Assembly (NCBI RefSeq): GCF_001194135.2
Contig: NC_068984.1
Span: forward strand, 68,337,742 to 68,401,741
DNA: 64,000 nt
From: Octopus bimaculoides
Lineage: Eukaryota
Direction of reading: 5' to 3'
Shown: piece after piece, positions 13,368 to 24,492 of the stretch
How the letters are laid out: every line of letters begins with the position of its first letter
How positions within the stretch are numbered: the first letter of the stretch is position 1
Notes under the pieces: model-generated
Told to the model about the DNA's origin: nothing
The model's database searches: none
Seen by the model: the letters and a program-made list of their open reading frames with translations, nothing else
Program-made: the position numbers and the translations under genes

Positions 13368-13380
<13 letters not shown>
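13190..13380 (+). repeat. Dispersed repeat family also at 30965-31090 and 31776-31910, ending in (TA)n
   Basis: ctgtaccttgtttatcattttgtccatg...gtcatgtacccagatatgcatctatatatacttgtagatgaatgtatgtacatacatgtacatatatatgcatatactcatatatt is closely similar at the three sites. Confidence 0.7.
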
Positions 13381-13409
<29 letters not shown>

Positions 13410-13844
13410 TACATACACACACACACACATTCTTCTTCTTCACCTTCTCCTTCCTTGGCTGCTGCTGCTTAAACCATCAAGCTTTAGAACCAAATATTTC
13501 TCTGCACCCATAAACACTATTTTTTTCATCTCTGATACTACCTACTGAGCCCTCACAAAGGAAAAGAGAGAGAAACAAATAAGGAAAATATCCTGCCTAT
13601 TTGAAGACTATGGAAATATTTACAAAACATTTAATTTAATTTTTTTCTTCAATTTAATTGTTTTTCTTCTTAATTAATATTTATCTTAGTTTTACTCTTC
13701 ATTGAAACAGTCGAAAAGACTGAAACCAGTAGTAACCATTGCAAAATGAATTTCATAATAAAATTATTTTAGCATCTTCTACCTTGTATTAATTTCCTTA
13801 TACACACCATCTCGTGTGTTACTTTCAACCATCTACATATATAT

Positions 13845-14010
13845 ATCATCATCATTTAACGTCCATTGTCCATGCTGGCATGGGTTGGATGGTATGACTG
13901 TGCTGGCATGCTAAGGATGCACCAGACTCCAGTCTGATTTGACATGGTTTTCTTCAGCTGGATGCCCTTACTCTGAGAGCGTAATGGATGCTTTATATGT
14001 GCTATTTGCA
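13845..14010 (-). mobile_element. RTE LINE 3' tail fragment
   Basis: catcatcatttaacgtccattgtccatgctggcatgggttgga...ctggatgcccttac is the reverse complement of the RTE tail. Confidence 0.8.
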
Positions 14011-14365
14011 TGACACCAGGGTGCATTTGTAAAATGGTTCCCTGAAGATAAAATTATATGTATAACCAGCATCTCTTATTCCTTTGGAGTAGAGTGCATA
14101 TAATTTTTGAAACGTATAGGAATTAAAGGAACTTATTGATTATATGTGTTTTGCTCCATTTATTATTATTCACATATATATGTAGATATGTATATGTCCC
14201 ACCTCTACACAACCCAACCCCACCTTCTCTATCCATCCCATCCAACCCCCACTCCATCCCTTACACCCACTCCCACACACCCCACCTCTACCTCCACCCT
14301 CAGCCTAACTCACACTCCACCCTGGCTTTCCCCACTCTTGCCTCCGCCACATCCCAACACCATCA

Positions 14366-14545
14366 CATCACATTAAAAACCCAGAAGTCTGCCAAATACC
14401 ACTGAGTAACCATCTGACAACATGTGGTCATGAAACTTTTATGATATTTCCATTCCATAAACTTTACAACCTGAATGAAATTGAGAGAAAACGCAAAGAA
14501 AAGGACTTTATTAAGAAATTCAAACCCACTCTTAACAAACAATGA
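14366..14545 (+). pseudogene. C-terminal end of a Penelope-like GIY-YIG endonuclease (5'-truncated PLE)
   Basis: Open frame HHIKNPEVCQIPLSNHLTTCGHETFMIFPFHKLYNLNEIERKRKEKDFIKKFKPTLNKQ-stop; the SxH...RxxKExxFIxxxKPxLN pattern is typical of PLE endonuclease C-termini. Confidence 0.75.
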
Positions 14546-14736
14546 TTAAATTTATCTTACTTGGGGTTTAAAAATCTTATCCCTATAACTAAAACACAAA
14601 AAATCTCTCAAATGTAGTAATTTCTAAAAATAAACTTGGCATCATTTCTAAAAATAGCCAAACACCTACTGCTGCTGTCCAAAGGAATAGGTATAAAAGA
14701 CAAAAGAACAGCCCATCTGTTACAGTCTGTCAGATG

Positions 14737-14780
14737 AGGCCTTGATGAATGCCAATAGGCATGAAAGTATATACTAGCCT
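14737..14780 (+). ncRNA. Minimal type I hammerhead-ribozyme-like motif at PLE 3' end
   Basis: AGGC-CTTGATGA-ATGCC(AATA)GGCAT-GAAA-GTATATAC-T-A-GCCT: helix I AGGC/GCCT, perfect helix II, palindromic helix III AGTATATACT, CUA triplet; one extra U in the CUGAUGA box. Confidence 0.7.
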
Positions 14781-15786
14781 TTATATATTTAATTCTCTAT
14801 ATTTCTTATATTCAATAAGACATTCAATACTTCATTTCATTTTACTATTTATATTATATTATATATTCCATATTCTATATCNNNNNNNNNNNNNNNNNNN
14901 NNNNNNNNNNNNNNNNNNNNNNNNNNNNNNNNNNNNNNNNNNNNNNNNNNNNNNNNNNNNNNNNNNNNNNNNNNNNNNNNNNNNNNNNNNNNNNNNNNNN
15001 NNNNNNNNNNNNNNNNNNNNNNNNNNNNNNNNNNNNNNNNNNNNNNNNNNNNNNNNNNNNNNNNNNNNNNNNNNNNNNNNNNNNNNNNNNNNNNNNNNNN
15101 NNNNNNNNNNNNNNNNNNNNNNNNNNNNNNNNNNNNNNNNNNNNNNNNNNNNNNNNNNNNNNNNNNNNNNNNNNNNNNNNNNNNNNNNNNNNNNNNNNNN
15201 NNNNNNNNNNNNNNNNNNNNNNNNNNNNNNNNNNNNNNNNNNNNNNNNNNNNNNNNNNNNNNNNNNNNNNNNNNNNNNNNNNNNNNNNNNNNNNNNNNNN
15301 NNNNNNNNNNNNNNNNNNNNNNNNNNNNNNNNNNNNNNNNNNNNNNNNNNNNNNNNNNNNNNNNNNNNNNNNNNNNNNNNNNNNNNNNNNNNNNNNNNNN
15401 NNNNNNNNNNNNNNNNNNNNNNNNNNNNNNNNNNNNNNNNNNNNNNNNNNNNNNNNNNNNNNNNNNNNNNNNNNNNNNNNNNNNNNNNNNNNNNNNNNNN
15501 NNNNNNNNNNNNNNNNNNNNNNNNNNNNNNNNNNNNNNNNNNNNNNNNNNNNNNNNNNNNNNNNNNNNNNNNNNNNNNNNNNNNNNNNNNNNNNNNNNNN
15601 NNNNNNNNNNNNNNNNNNNNNNNNNNNNNNNNNNNNNNNNNNNNNNNNNNNNNNNNNNNNNNNNNNNNNNNNNNNNNNNNNNNNNNNNNNNNNNNNNNNN
15701 NNNNNNNNNNNNNNNNNNNNNNNNNNNNNNNNNNNNNNNNNNNNNNNNNNNNNNNNNNNNNNNNNNNNNNNNNNNNNNNNNNNNNN

Positions 15787-15838
<52 letters not shown>

Positions 15839-16020
15839 TAAATTTATATATGCACATACATATATACACTCACCTATATATATGCATACACACACACACA
15901 ACTACACACATATACATGAATGCATGTACACCCACATGTATGCTAATGCAACTAGCACGTATGTATATTTACGATTGTATGTTTGTACAAGTGTTACTCT
16001 TCCCTCTATCTTCCTCTGCT

Positions 16021-16063
<43 letters not shown>

Positions 16064-16402
16064 AGCTGTATGTGCATGTGTGAATGTGTTTAAATGTATG
16101 TTTGTGGCTGTGTGTATGTGACTGGTGGACACCACATGATTGGTAAATGGTTTACAGCACAAAAGAAATCACTTTAAACTTGCTGAAATAATATTCAAAT
16201 TGGTTTATATGACTGGAAATATAATTTCAAAATCTCCATAGTGTCTTCTGTAAGGATCTAATCAAAAACCTTGCAATTGAAGAAAAAGAAGAGAAAACTT
16301 TCAAAATATAAAATAAGTCGAACTATACAAAAATAAACTTCCAGCCTAGATTTGCTTCATTTTGGAAAATATAAAATTATTACACACACACAGATAAACT
16401 GG

Positions 16403-16484
<82 letters not shown>

Positions 16485-16661
16485 TGTGGCAGCACCAATA
16501 TCCTGTAAGTGCTTATATACTGCCCTATAATTTAGAGTGTGCTTCTTTTTCGGATTTATGCTTTACGGACGATCCATCTGGCTCCCTGGTCAGAGTGTTT
16601 TACAAAGACCACGTAGTTTGTGACTAGTAGGCCGCACTTACACATATTTACTTGGTCTTTC

Positions 16662-19050
16662 ATGAATATGGAACGTTTGGATCTTGGCTACTCCACTAAG
16701 AATATGCCTACACCATCTAATGAGCTATACACTCGAACGCTGCTAGAAAAAACGATGGACGTAATAAGGCGAATGAGATGGAAAGCCTTCTACCACGACT
16801 TAGCCACACCGTTCCTGGAGAACAACACCTATAGAATCAACCTTCTGGGCATCATTCCCCAGTTAAAATTCCATAAGTTCTCTTGCACTTTCCAACGTAA
16901 GCTCTGTGCCGACATTAAATTGCTAGGATAGACACCCTTAATTACGATAGGTTGCTAGAAAACAATATTACACAGAATTATAGACGCGCTTCCCTACACA
17001 CATACAACACCAACAGTGAAGTCAAAACAATTAGCCAACAATCTAGCTATAGCTGACAGGGTAGAGATCTTAGCTAAAAAGAATGGCTTTATTACTATCA
17101 AAGATCATAAACCGAACATTGCCTCAAACCCTAAATGATGCCTGATTAATCCGGTCAAATCTGAGATCGGTCTAGCGAGCAAGCATATATTGAGAAACAT
17201 CAATAGCGACACAAGGAGAGCCACCAACCTTTCTCTATGGCATGGTACCAACGAGGTGACTGCATGGTTTAACACCAATGAGAGGAGAGGCAGAGCAAGG
17301 TTCACCCAGTTTGCCATAGTCGATTTTTATCTGTCTATATCAAAAGGGTTACTGGTCAGATAGATATATCTGTCTAAATCAAAAGGGATATTGGTCAAGG
17401 GGCTTTCCTTTGCTAGGGGCTTCACTGACGTTATCAACAGTGTTGTTCAATAAGGGTTCAACCTGGGTCAAGCAAAGGGGAGCTACGACAGCACTGATGT
17501 ATGGGACCTCATCGGGTTGTATATCCTTGATACCCTTAAGAAAAATTCCCCTCCGTCCTCTTTGGTCTCTACAAAGATGACGACCTGACCATCTCTAGTA
17601 GAGCAAACGGGCACACTCTAGACGGGGTTAAGAAAGATCTAATTAGAACACATGGCTCCATGAAACTGTAAATCACCATCCGACGAATCTCACCACCGCG
17701 TACTTCTTAGACGTCACGCTTGACTTGGGCTCGGTACATACAGGCCCTACGGCAAGCTAAATGAGAGGTTAACGTACATCGACACAGCCTTCTATCACCC
17801 ACCCATTGTGTTCAAAAACCTGGTAAAGGGTGTTCCCTCTAGCCAAGAGATTTTTTATGCCCCCCCCCCTACTATAACAAAGCCCTAGCTGCTAGTAAAT
17901 TTAGGGACCGCATCTCCTGCATATCATGCCCCAACATCCGTAGAAGGAAGCACCATAGAAATATCATTTGGTCTCCCTCCCCGCACCTTCTATCTTAGCG
18001 TAAAAACGTCTATAGGTAGGATATTCCTAAAGTTAATAGATAAACATTTCACACGTTCATACGGACGCGTTTTCAACAGGCACACCCTTAGGGTCTCTTT
18101 TAGCTGTGCCCCCAATAGTCTAGTTAACACCCCTAGGCCACGATCGGAGGCAGAATACTCATGCAGGAACCACAACAGATGCCCATGGAGAGGCCACTGC
18201 AAAACCAAAGGAACCGTCTATGAAGCTAAGTTACTGGCCGACCCTAATAGCGGCAGCAACATCAGCAGCTTCCCCAAAAGCTACTACAGTAGCAGACTCG
18301 ACTGTACCAATAGTAGCAGCAGCAGCAGAGGCACGAACAGAACCAGCGGCAGCTCCATTGCCAGCGATAACAACAATAACAGCAACAACAATGGCAGTAT
18401 CCCTAACGGAAATGGCAGCAGGGCCATCGCCAATGATACCTACAACAGCAGTAACGGCACCTCCATCAATGATGATGACCATAACAAAAACGACAACACC
18501 ATTAGTAACACCAGCAGTGACAGCACCAACAGCTCCAGTACCAACAACAGAGGTAACAACAACGCCAACACCAACAGACACAGCACAGTGAACACTCGAC
18601 CACGGAGATACATCAGCTGCCCCGGGAACACGTTCAAACAACACCTCTCCAACCACAGATCCTCCCTCACGATACTGGAAAGGAGATACGTTACATATAT
18701 GTATGTATGTATGTATGCAGGGCCAGCTCAAGGTACCAGCAACTCGGACAGTCACCCGGGGTACCATGTGCTAGGGGGCGTGACAAAACAAAGAAATTTC
18801 CACAACCGTCAGCTTGTACACGCCGAACTTCAGCTTGACCGGAATGCCAGCAACCCTACAGTCGACCCTGTATGTATGTACACGCGCGCGCGTATGCAGA
18901 GAGAAAGAGAGGTTGAGGGATAGCAGTGTGTAGCGAAGCCAGAGTATGTGCCGCTCTGTGTAGCCCTTAAATTTGACATCACTCCTGGCCCTCAAAACTA
19001 CACAACCTTCTACTGCAAACCCTAAAGCGTTACCACCATAAAATCGTCGC
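16662..19050 (+). mobile_element. Decayed Penelope-like retroelement, RT plus C-terminal GIY-YIG (possibly Hydra-clade-like)
   Basis: LGYSTKNMPTP..IRRMRWKAF; FITIKDHK.N..SNPK*CLINPVKSEIG; VDFYLSI; GSYDS.DV..LIGLYIL; GLYKDDD; LDVTLDL; IGRIFLKLIDKHF; SCRNHNRCPWRGHC; VYEA; YIS..GNTFKQHLSNHRSS; frameshifts present; 3' boundary approximate. Confidence 0.9.
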
Positions 19051-21144
19051 CCAGGCTGGCCACCCCTTGTTGCTCCTGTAATGCAACTGATAGACAAACA
19101 CAGACTCAGTGAACAATGAGCGAAGCCTTTCGACCTGACTGATTAAAATACACATGCATACACACATCTGTCTATGTACGTATGTGTGTTTGTATGTGTG
19201 TATGTATGTATGTCATTATTCAGTTTATTTCAAGATTTCTTGCCAAGATTTCTATCTATCTATCTATCCATCCATTTATCTGTCCGTCCGTCCGTCTATC
19301 TATCTATCTAGCTAGCTATGTGCGTGTGTATACAGGAATACCACTACTTCTGTTGGTAAGTGATTCCAAAACATGCGACGTCGCTCGAAAAACGATGTAA
19401 CAAGGAAAGAAATCATTAAAAAAAGTATTACTAGCTGAATATCTGTTTTCATAAATGGATTGTACATATTTTTTGACATCCATTCTGTTTTATTTTCCAC
19501 TTCAGTATAGGTTTCTAGGTGTTTTATTTTTTTAAAATTATGCTATTAAATATGTTCAGAAAAACCAGCGTTAAGTGAGATAAACCGACTGAAGGCGAGG
19601 TTTATTGTTATAAGAAAAGAAAAAAAAAAACAAGAGAAAGTCGAAGCAACGTAATTTGAGATATGCCTGTATCGTAAACATAACCAACATAAACATAAAC
19701 AGAAAGTGACCATACAGAAAGACAACTTTTAACGAATATTGTATTACTTTAACGCTTAAAAGAATGAAGAGAAATTGCGCGCGCCCACACATGCAATCGA
19801 AGTATGAATTCAAGAAAACATATTATTGGTACTTTTGTTCCATGAAACTTTGTTTCTGAAGCTTAGATTCTTTACCTTCAGAATTCATAAAGTGATGACT
19901 CGATAAAGTGTTAATCTGTGCACCATGAGCTTCTGTGATCGACAGTGCATTATGTGTATATGCATGCAAAATTGCTTCAATGTGCTAATCTGATCACATA
20001 TGTGGCACAGCAAGGTTGCATATGTGCAAGACTACATGATTTGTTCAGCTTCTTACGTAACGTGTTATACGTGAATGTGTAAATAAATATGTATGTCTGT
20101 GTAAATGTATGTAAATAAATGTGTGTGTGTGTGTGCGGAATACGCAAATGTCGCCACCTTATAACATAACTTTCTGGAAAATGAATATTTTTAAATGAAA
20201 TTTTCTACAAATAGCTTTCTGGTGGTGTAGATTACGATCGATGATAGAGAAATTTAATGGGAAAAAATAAAGTGGTGGTGGGTGCACCCATATATATACT
20301 AACACATATCACATTAAAAAAGTATTCGTAGAAAATTTCATTTAAAATGTATACATTTTCCAGAAAGTTCTGTCTACAGAATGATATGCCGGTGGCGGCA
20401 CATAATTCTGTAGACATACCTATGTACATACACGTATACACGCGTACATATGTATGTATGTATGTATAATTTATGTTTACAGTATAGCATTGGATTCGAT
20501 CCCATATTTTGTCACATAGAAGTTACAGTTGATCATGCGCGCAAACCTGAATGTTATTCAATGAACGGTTGTTCATGTGGTAGTTCGGTGGTTCGTCTAG
20601 ACTTTCCGTGAGAACAGTCTATGAATACAGTCAAATTTGCCGCCAATTTTGCAGAGCGTCGCCATGACGTTCTCCATTCCCGTCAATATTTAAAATGTCA
20701 CGAGTCGAGTTGGCGTACACTTTCCTAATAGCTATTTTCACACTGCATATTCAACCTGGATTGATCGAAGAAGACACATCACGACACCTGAATATGTATT
20801 TGATATGTAAAAATTATGACAAATGTTGAATGTCTAAAAAAGACTTTCTGTACGTAACAAATAAATTACTCTCCAGCACATAAAGAAGCCTTTTGTTTCT
20901 GTATCATTCAATCACTTGTGTTTCAAATCAAGAAGAAGTGCAGAATTATACAGGAAGTCAAGCATCAAAGATAGGATACAGTAGGTCTGCAATGATGAAA
21001 ATCCACTTGAAATGTCATCAGAGTCAAAGACTTTCCACCATAAGTAGAAATAGGAAAACGATTGATAGCTTGCAGAATGATGGCTGATGGCTTTCGTGAA
21101 TCAGACAAGAATTTGATAGGTCATATGCTGCAAGCTGTACATAT

Positions 21145-22396
21145 TTCTTTATTCGGCACTTACGGCCACAACACAGAGGGGGACACTACAAGGACAGACA
21201 CAACATTACAATGGGGACATAAAATACAAAACGAATGACAATGAGATGTTATATAATGACGGATGAGATGGTTGCATGGGCTCCATTCCCATGCAATACC
21301 ATTTGAACGTTTATATACACTATTTCTATTTACCACCGTTCACTTTTTATATTGTTTTTTTCTTAATTATCTGTTTTTTTCCTCTCTTTTTTTTTTAATA
21401 TTTATAACACAAAACACCTTTTTTCCTTCTCTTTTGTTCCTTTTTTTTTTCCAAACAATTTTACTCTTTTTTTTTCTTCTTTTTAATATCTCATGAAAGG
21501 CTTCAAGTCCTTGAGTTCGACTACTGGTGGCAGCTCGTCGAACTCCACCGCTACTCCGGGCAAGTCAATTTTTTCTCTGCACATGTCTTTTAGTTTCCTG
21601 TATGTGTCCTTATCGACCACAATGGCCTTCACATTTTCAGAGTACACATCTGTGGGTAACTTTACTCTTATAATATGTTTAAATTTTACAATTTTTTTCT
21701 CCGTCTCCTTGTTCTTTGAATATGTCACAAAATTCCATGTTTTTTCCTCTTCTTGGTTTTTTCTTTCTTCTTCCACTACTGGTGTCTTTCCCTTTTCAAC
21801 TCTAAACAATCTCTCCATTTCACCTTCGCACATTTGCACTCCCAACTCTTTTTCCTTCGCTGGGACAACCGCCCTCATTAGCACTGTTTCCCCCTTCTGT
21901 AAATCCTCCTGTTTAGTAATTGCCTTCTCTCTTTCTTTCTCCTTCACCTCTTCGTCTGCCTTCCTTCTGGTCACAGCTTTCTTTTCCACCTCTTCTTTTT
22001 CTGGTTCTCTGGTGGCGGGCTCACTCTTCCATTTCTCCTTTTTCTTTCCACCACCGTGAATCCCTCCTCCGTTGTATTTTCTTCCATTACTACCTGTACT
22101 ACCTGGTTCGTGCTCTCCTGCTTTTCTGTCGGTTCTCTCTGTGGGCATCTCGCCTTCATGTGGCCTTTCTCCCCACATGCAAAACATATAGGCGGCCTGC
22201 CCTCCACTTTCACTCTCAATCTTAGGTCGTCGGGCAGCACTATCTCCTCATCGATTCTATTTAAATCTTCCAATGTTGCCTGGATAGTGAGTTCAATTCC
22301 ATACCCCAGTAGTCAATAGTTGTGTTCTTGTGGCCTTCAGTATCTTGGCCTCTTCCTTCGTATTGAACATTATTGCTGTCGTCAGCCATGTTTCTT
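21145..22396 (-). mobile_element. 5'-truncated ORF1-only L1/Tx1-like non-LTR element with 17-bp TSD
   Basis: ORF1 remnant EETWLTTAI...GYGIELTIQATLEDLNRIDEEIVLPDDLRLRVKVEGRPPICFACGEKGHMKARC (CCHC knuckle), K/E-rich tail, stop at 21483, about 340-nt 3' UTR ending AATAAAGAA; TSD CTGCAAGCTGTACATAT at 21128-21144 and 22397-22413. Confidence 0.9.
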
Positions 22397-22804
22397 CTGC
22401 AAGCTGTACATATATCCACTAATAAATGTTGCATCGAGATGGCGTCATAGACGAAAAAGACGCTACAAACTGATAAAAGATGCAGTCGTTCTTAATCCGT
22501 GGCGACGGAGTTTTCCCGCTGCTGAGCAGAAGACTTCAAAGGACAAGGTGGGATACACTTGTGCGCATTCATTCTGAAACGATTGTGATACCAACAAAAT
22601 GAAGAAGAGTCCCTGTGAGGGCTGCAAAAACGCTTTCTCGAAATTACCGGACCAAAAGAATTCAAGCGCGAACAGTACCTTGGAAACTTTGCTCAAGCTT
22701 GTCCGTTAGAGCTTGAATTTTCTCCTCGGTCGTCTTACGAAGCAATACCAACTCTGAGGATATTGAAGATATAAGAGCGGGAGGAAAAGTTTCAGTATTA
22801 CTGA

Positions 22805-23227
22805 TGTAGTGACGCCTAATGCCAGTCGCCATTTTGGGAAGTTCGTTCACGCATGCGCAGGGACATGTCTTCCAGAAGGCATGCAGGAAGTCCCTCATAT
22901 CAAAGCGTTCCCGCCTTTTCTGGACCTCTTAGCGCGTTCGACTTTCGAAGACACATGACCACTAAGAGCCGCTCCGTAATTCTACCTTTGAATCAAGCAA
23001 ACTTCTTCGGAGGCTCAAGAATGACTTAATAAACCAGCATCGACACCGTCTTCACAGCAACCATAAAGGGCGACCTGGCAATTCCGTTACCCGAGATGTA
23101 GGCTGAACACCTCATAATAAATATTTGTTATGCTGTTAGTCAATTTATCCATCATGTTCGTTTTCATTGAAGAGAATTGTTTTGTACGGGATAGGGTTAC
23201 CCAATGATGGTGGCCCTATATCCTACA
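22805..23227 (+). mobile_element. Solo LTR inserted in the Gypsy gag
   Basis: Begins TGTAGTGACG, ends CCTACA, internal AATAAA; shares tgtagtgacg, cacgcatgcgcagggac, aataaatatt and tgtacgg with 25264-25673; gag coding resumes on both sides; TSD not clean (ctga/cttg). Confidence 0.75.
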
Positions 23228-24059
23228 CTTGTACTTGGAGAAGAAATATCCATAATATCTGCTATCTCCGCAAACTAGGTGAGTGAACTCTGCTCCCTTA
23301 TAGCCGTTAAAAAGCTTGCACATTAGAAAAAAGGCATGAAAAAACAAAAAAAAAAGAGATACCGTAACATTCATTCAACCAAATTCTGCGTTCTTTGCAA
23401 TAGTTGGGAAGGTCTTTTATCCCCTAATTTTTCTTTATGAAGAAGTTGGTGTAATCTCTTTTGCTTGACGTAGAGGTACGTCTTAAAATTTCTTCCTTCG
23501 TATTCTGCAATCCAAATTATTAGTATTCAAGTCCTTAACTCTTCTACTCCAGACAGGTGGAAAAACACTAACTAGAGGACGAAACTGGCGCATATCAGAA
23601 GATATCTTGTTAACCGCGAAATTGGCTTTAAGTTGCAAAACCAAATCGTGGGATCTCCCGAGTAAGGTGGCAAGGCAAAAGATAGAGCTGCCTGCATTGT
23701 TAAAGTATAGCTGTTTTCTGACGAGACTAAAACAACAGTGGAAGGTGCCATAATAGTATCAGGGGAAAATGAAAAAAAAATATGGAAAATAAAAGAGTAC
23801 TGGCCGTTGGTGAGCTGGGAAGAAAAGAACCCTCTCGAATGTTGCATGCAGATTAGACTGCTATTGCGAGGAAAATGAAAGATTAGCTCTTAGCCAATAG
23901 TGGTCCTTGTATCGTCGCTTCACGTGATGGGTGACGCAGCGCTAAGAGAAAGACGTCGTCGGCTTTCTGCCACATTTGATCTTGAAAGTGCGCGTCGTAT
24001 TCGCTGAGCGACTGAAAATGTATATAGTGAAGAAGACGGGTCTTCAACGACTCTAGTTT

Positions 24060-24356
24060 CAACGGTCGGAGAACTTTTATAACCAATTACCCCAAAATAC
24101 ATTTATTTATGCCGACGTTATCCCCTTGAATTCAAAAGGTTTATTGAAGCTATTTCTGTGAATCTATTTATATGTCCATCACATTGGGCAGTTGCAGTGT
24201 TGTCAGAAGAAAAATTTCTGTCGGTACAAGGAACACGTTTTTAAAAATTTTTTTTTTATATATATAATTTTAGTTATGTCTAATGAGTTCTCATTACTCC
24301 CAAGAATTTCATTTTTACTCCACTTGGGGTAATTTACCCCAGTTCGCTGACCCTTT
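24060..24356. mobile_element. Possible hAT-like MITE
   Basis: Imperfect terminal inverted repeats caacggtcggagaac / gttcgctgacccttt and subterminal ggggtaatttacccc; TSD ambiguous. Confidence 0.4.
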
Positions 24357-24492
24357 AGTTAGATACTCCTGAATGAAATAGTAGCAAAAATGATTTGTCT
24401 TGGGGTCAGCAGGACTGTACGTAAACCATTGTTGTGTAGCGGATCTTTTCTGTTTACATTCACTTTAAGGAATTTTGAAATTAAATAAAACT

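Larger units (their letters stand above)
20880..23750 (-). mobile_element. Decayed Ty3/Gypsy (Mag-like) gag-protease relic, interrupted by two insertions
   Basis: Minus strand: LSFALPPYSGDPTIWF (23695), KRLHQLL.KE..GDKRPSQLLQR, CWYHNRFRMNAHKCIPPC (22596-22543), protease LLVDICTACSI (from DTG), LQAINRFPISTYG. Confidence 0.85.

Noticed and set aside
14749-16065. Long ORFs spanning N runs (also at 31.1, 47.0, 49.0, 50.3, 54.1 and 62.6 kb)
   Set aside because: Artefacts of translating assembly gaps
18220-18591. Thr/Ala-rich mucin-like 123-aa ORF (and 178-aa antisense ORF)
   Set aside because: Alternative frames of the low-complexity insert inside the PLE endonuclease; no signal peptide or independent gene context
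21493-22059. Ser/Phe-rich 188-aa plus-strand ORF
   Set aside because: Antisense shadow of the K/E-rich ORF1 tail
20930-22780. Plus-strand reading resembling a GIMAP-like GTPase after removing the L1-like insert
   Set aside because: Antisense of the Gypsy gag-protease, which explains the sequence with diagnostic motifs; many stops
22662-22898. Minus-strand ORF with AAAATGGCG start, resembling a housekeeping first exon
   Set aside because: Chimera of solo-LTR sequence (22805 upward) and Gypsy gag coding sequence
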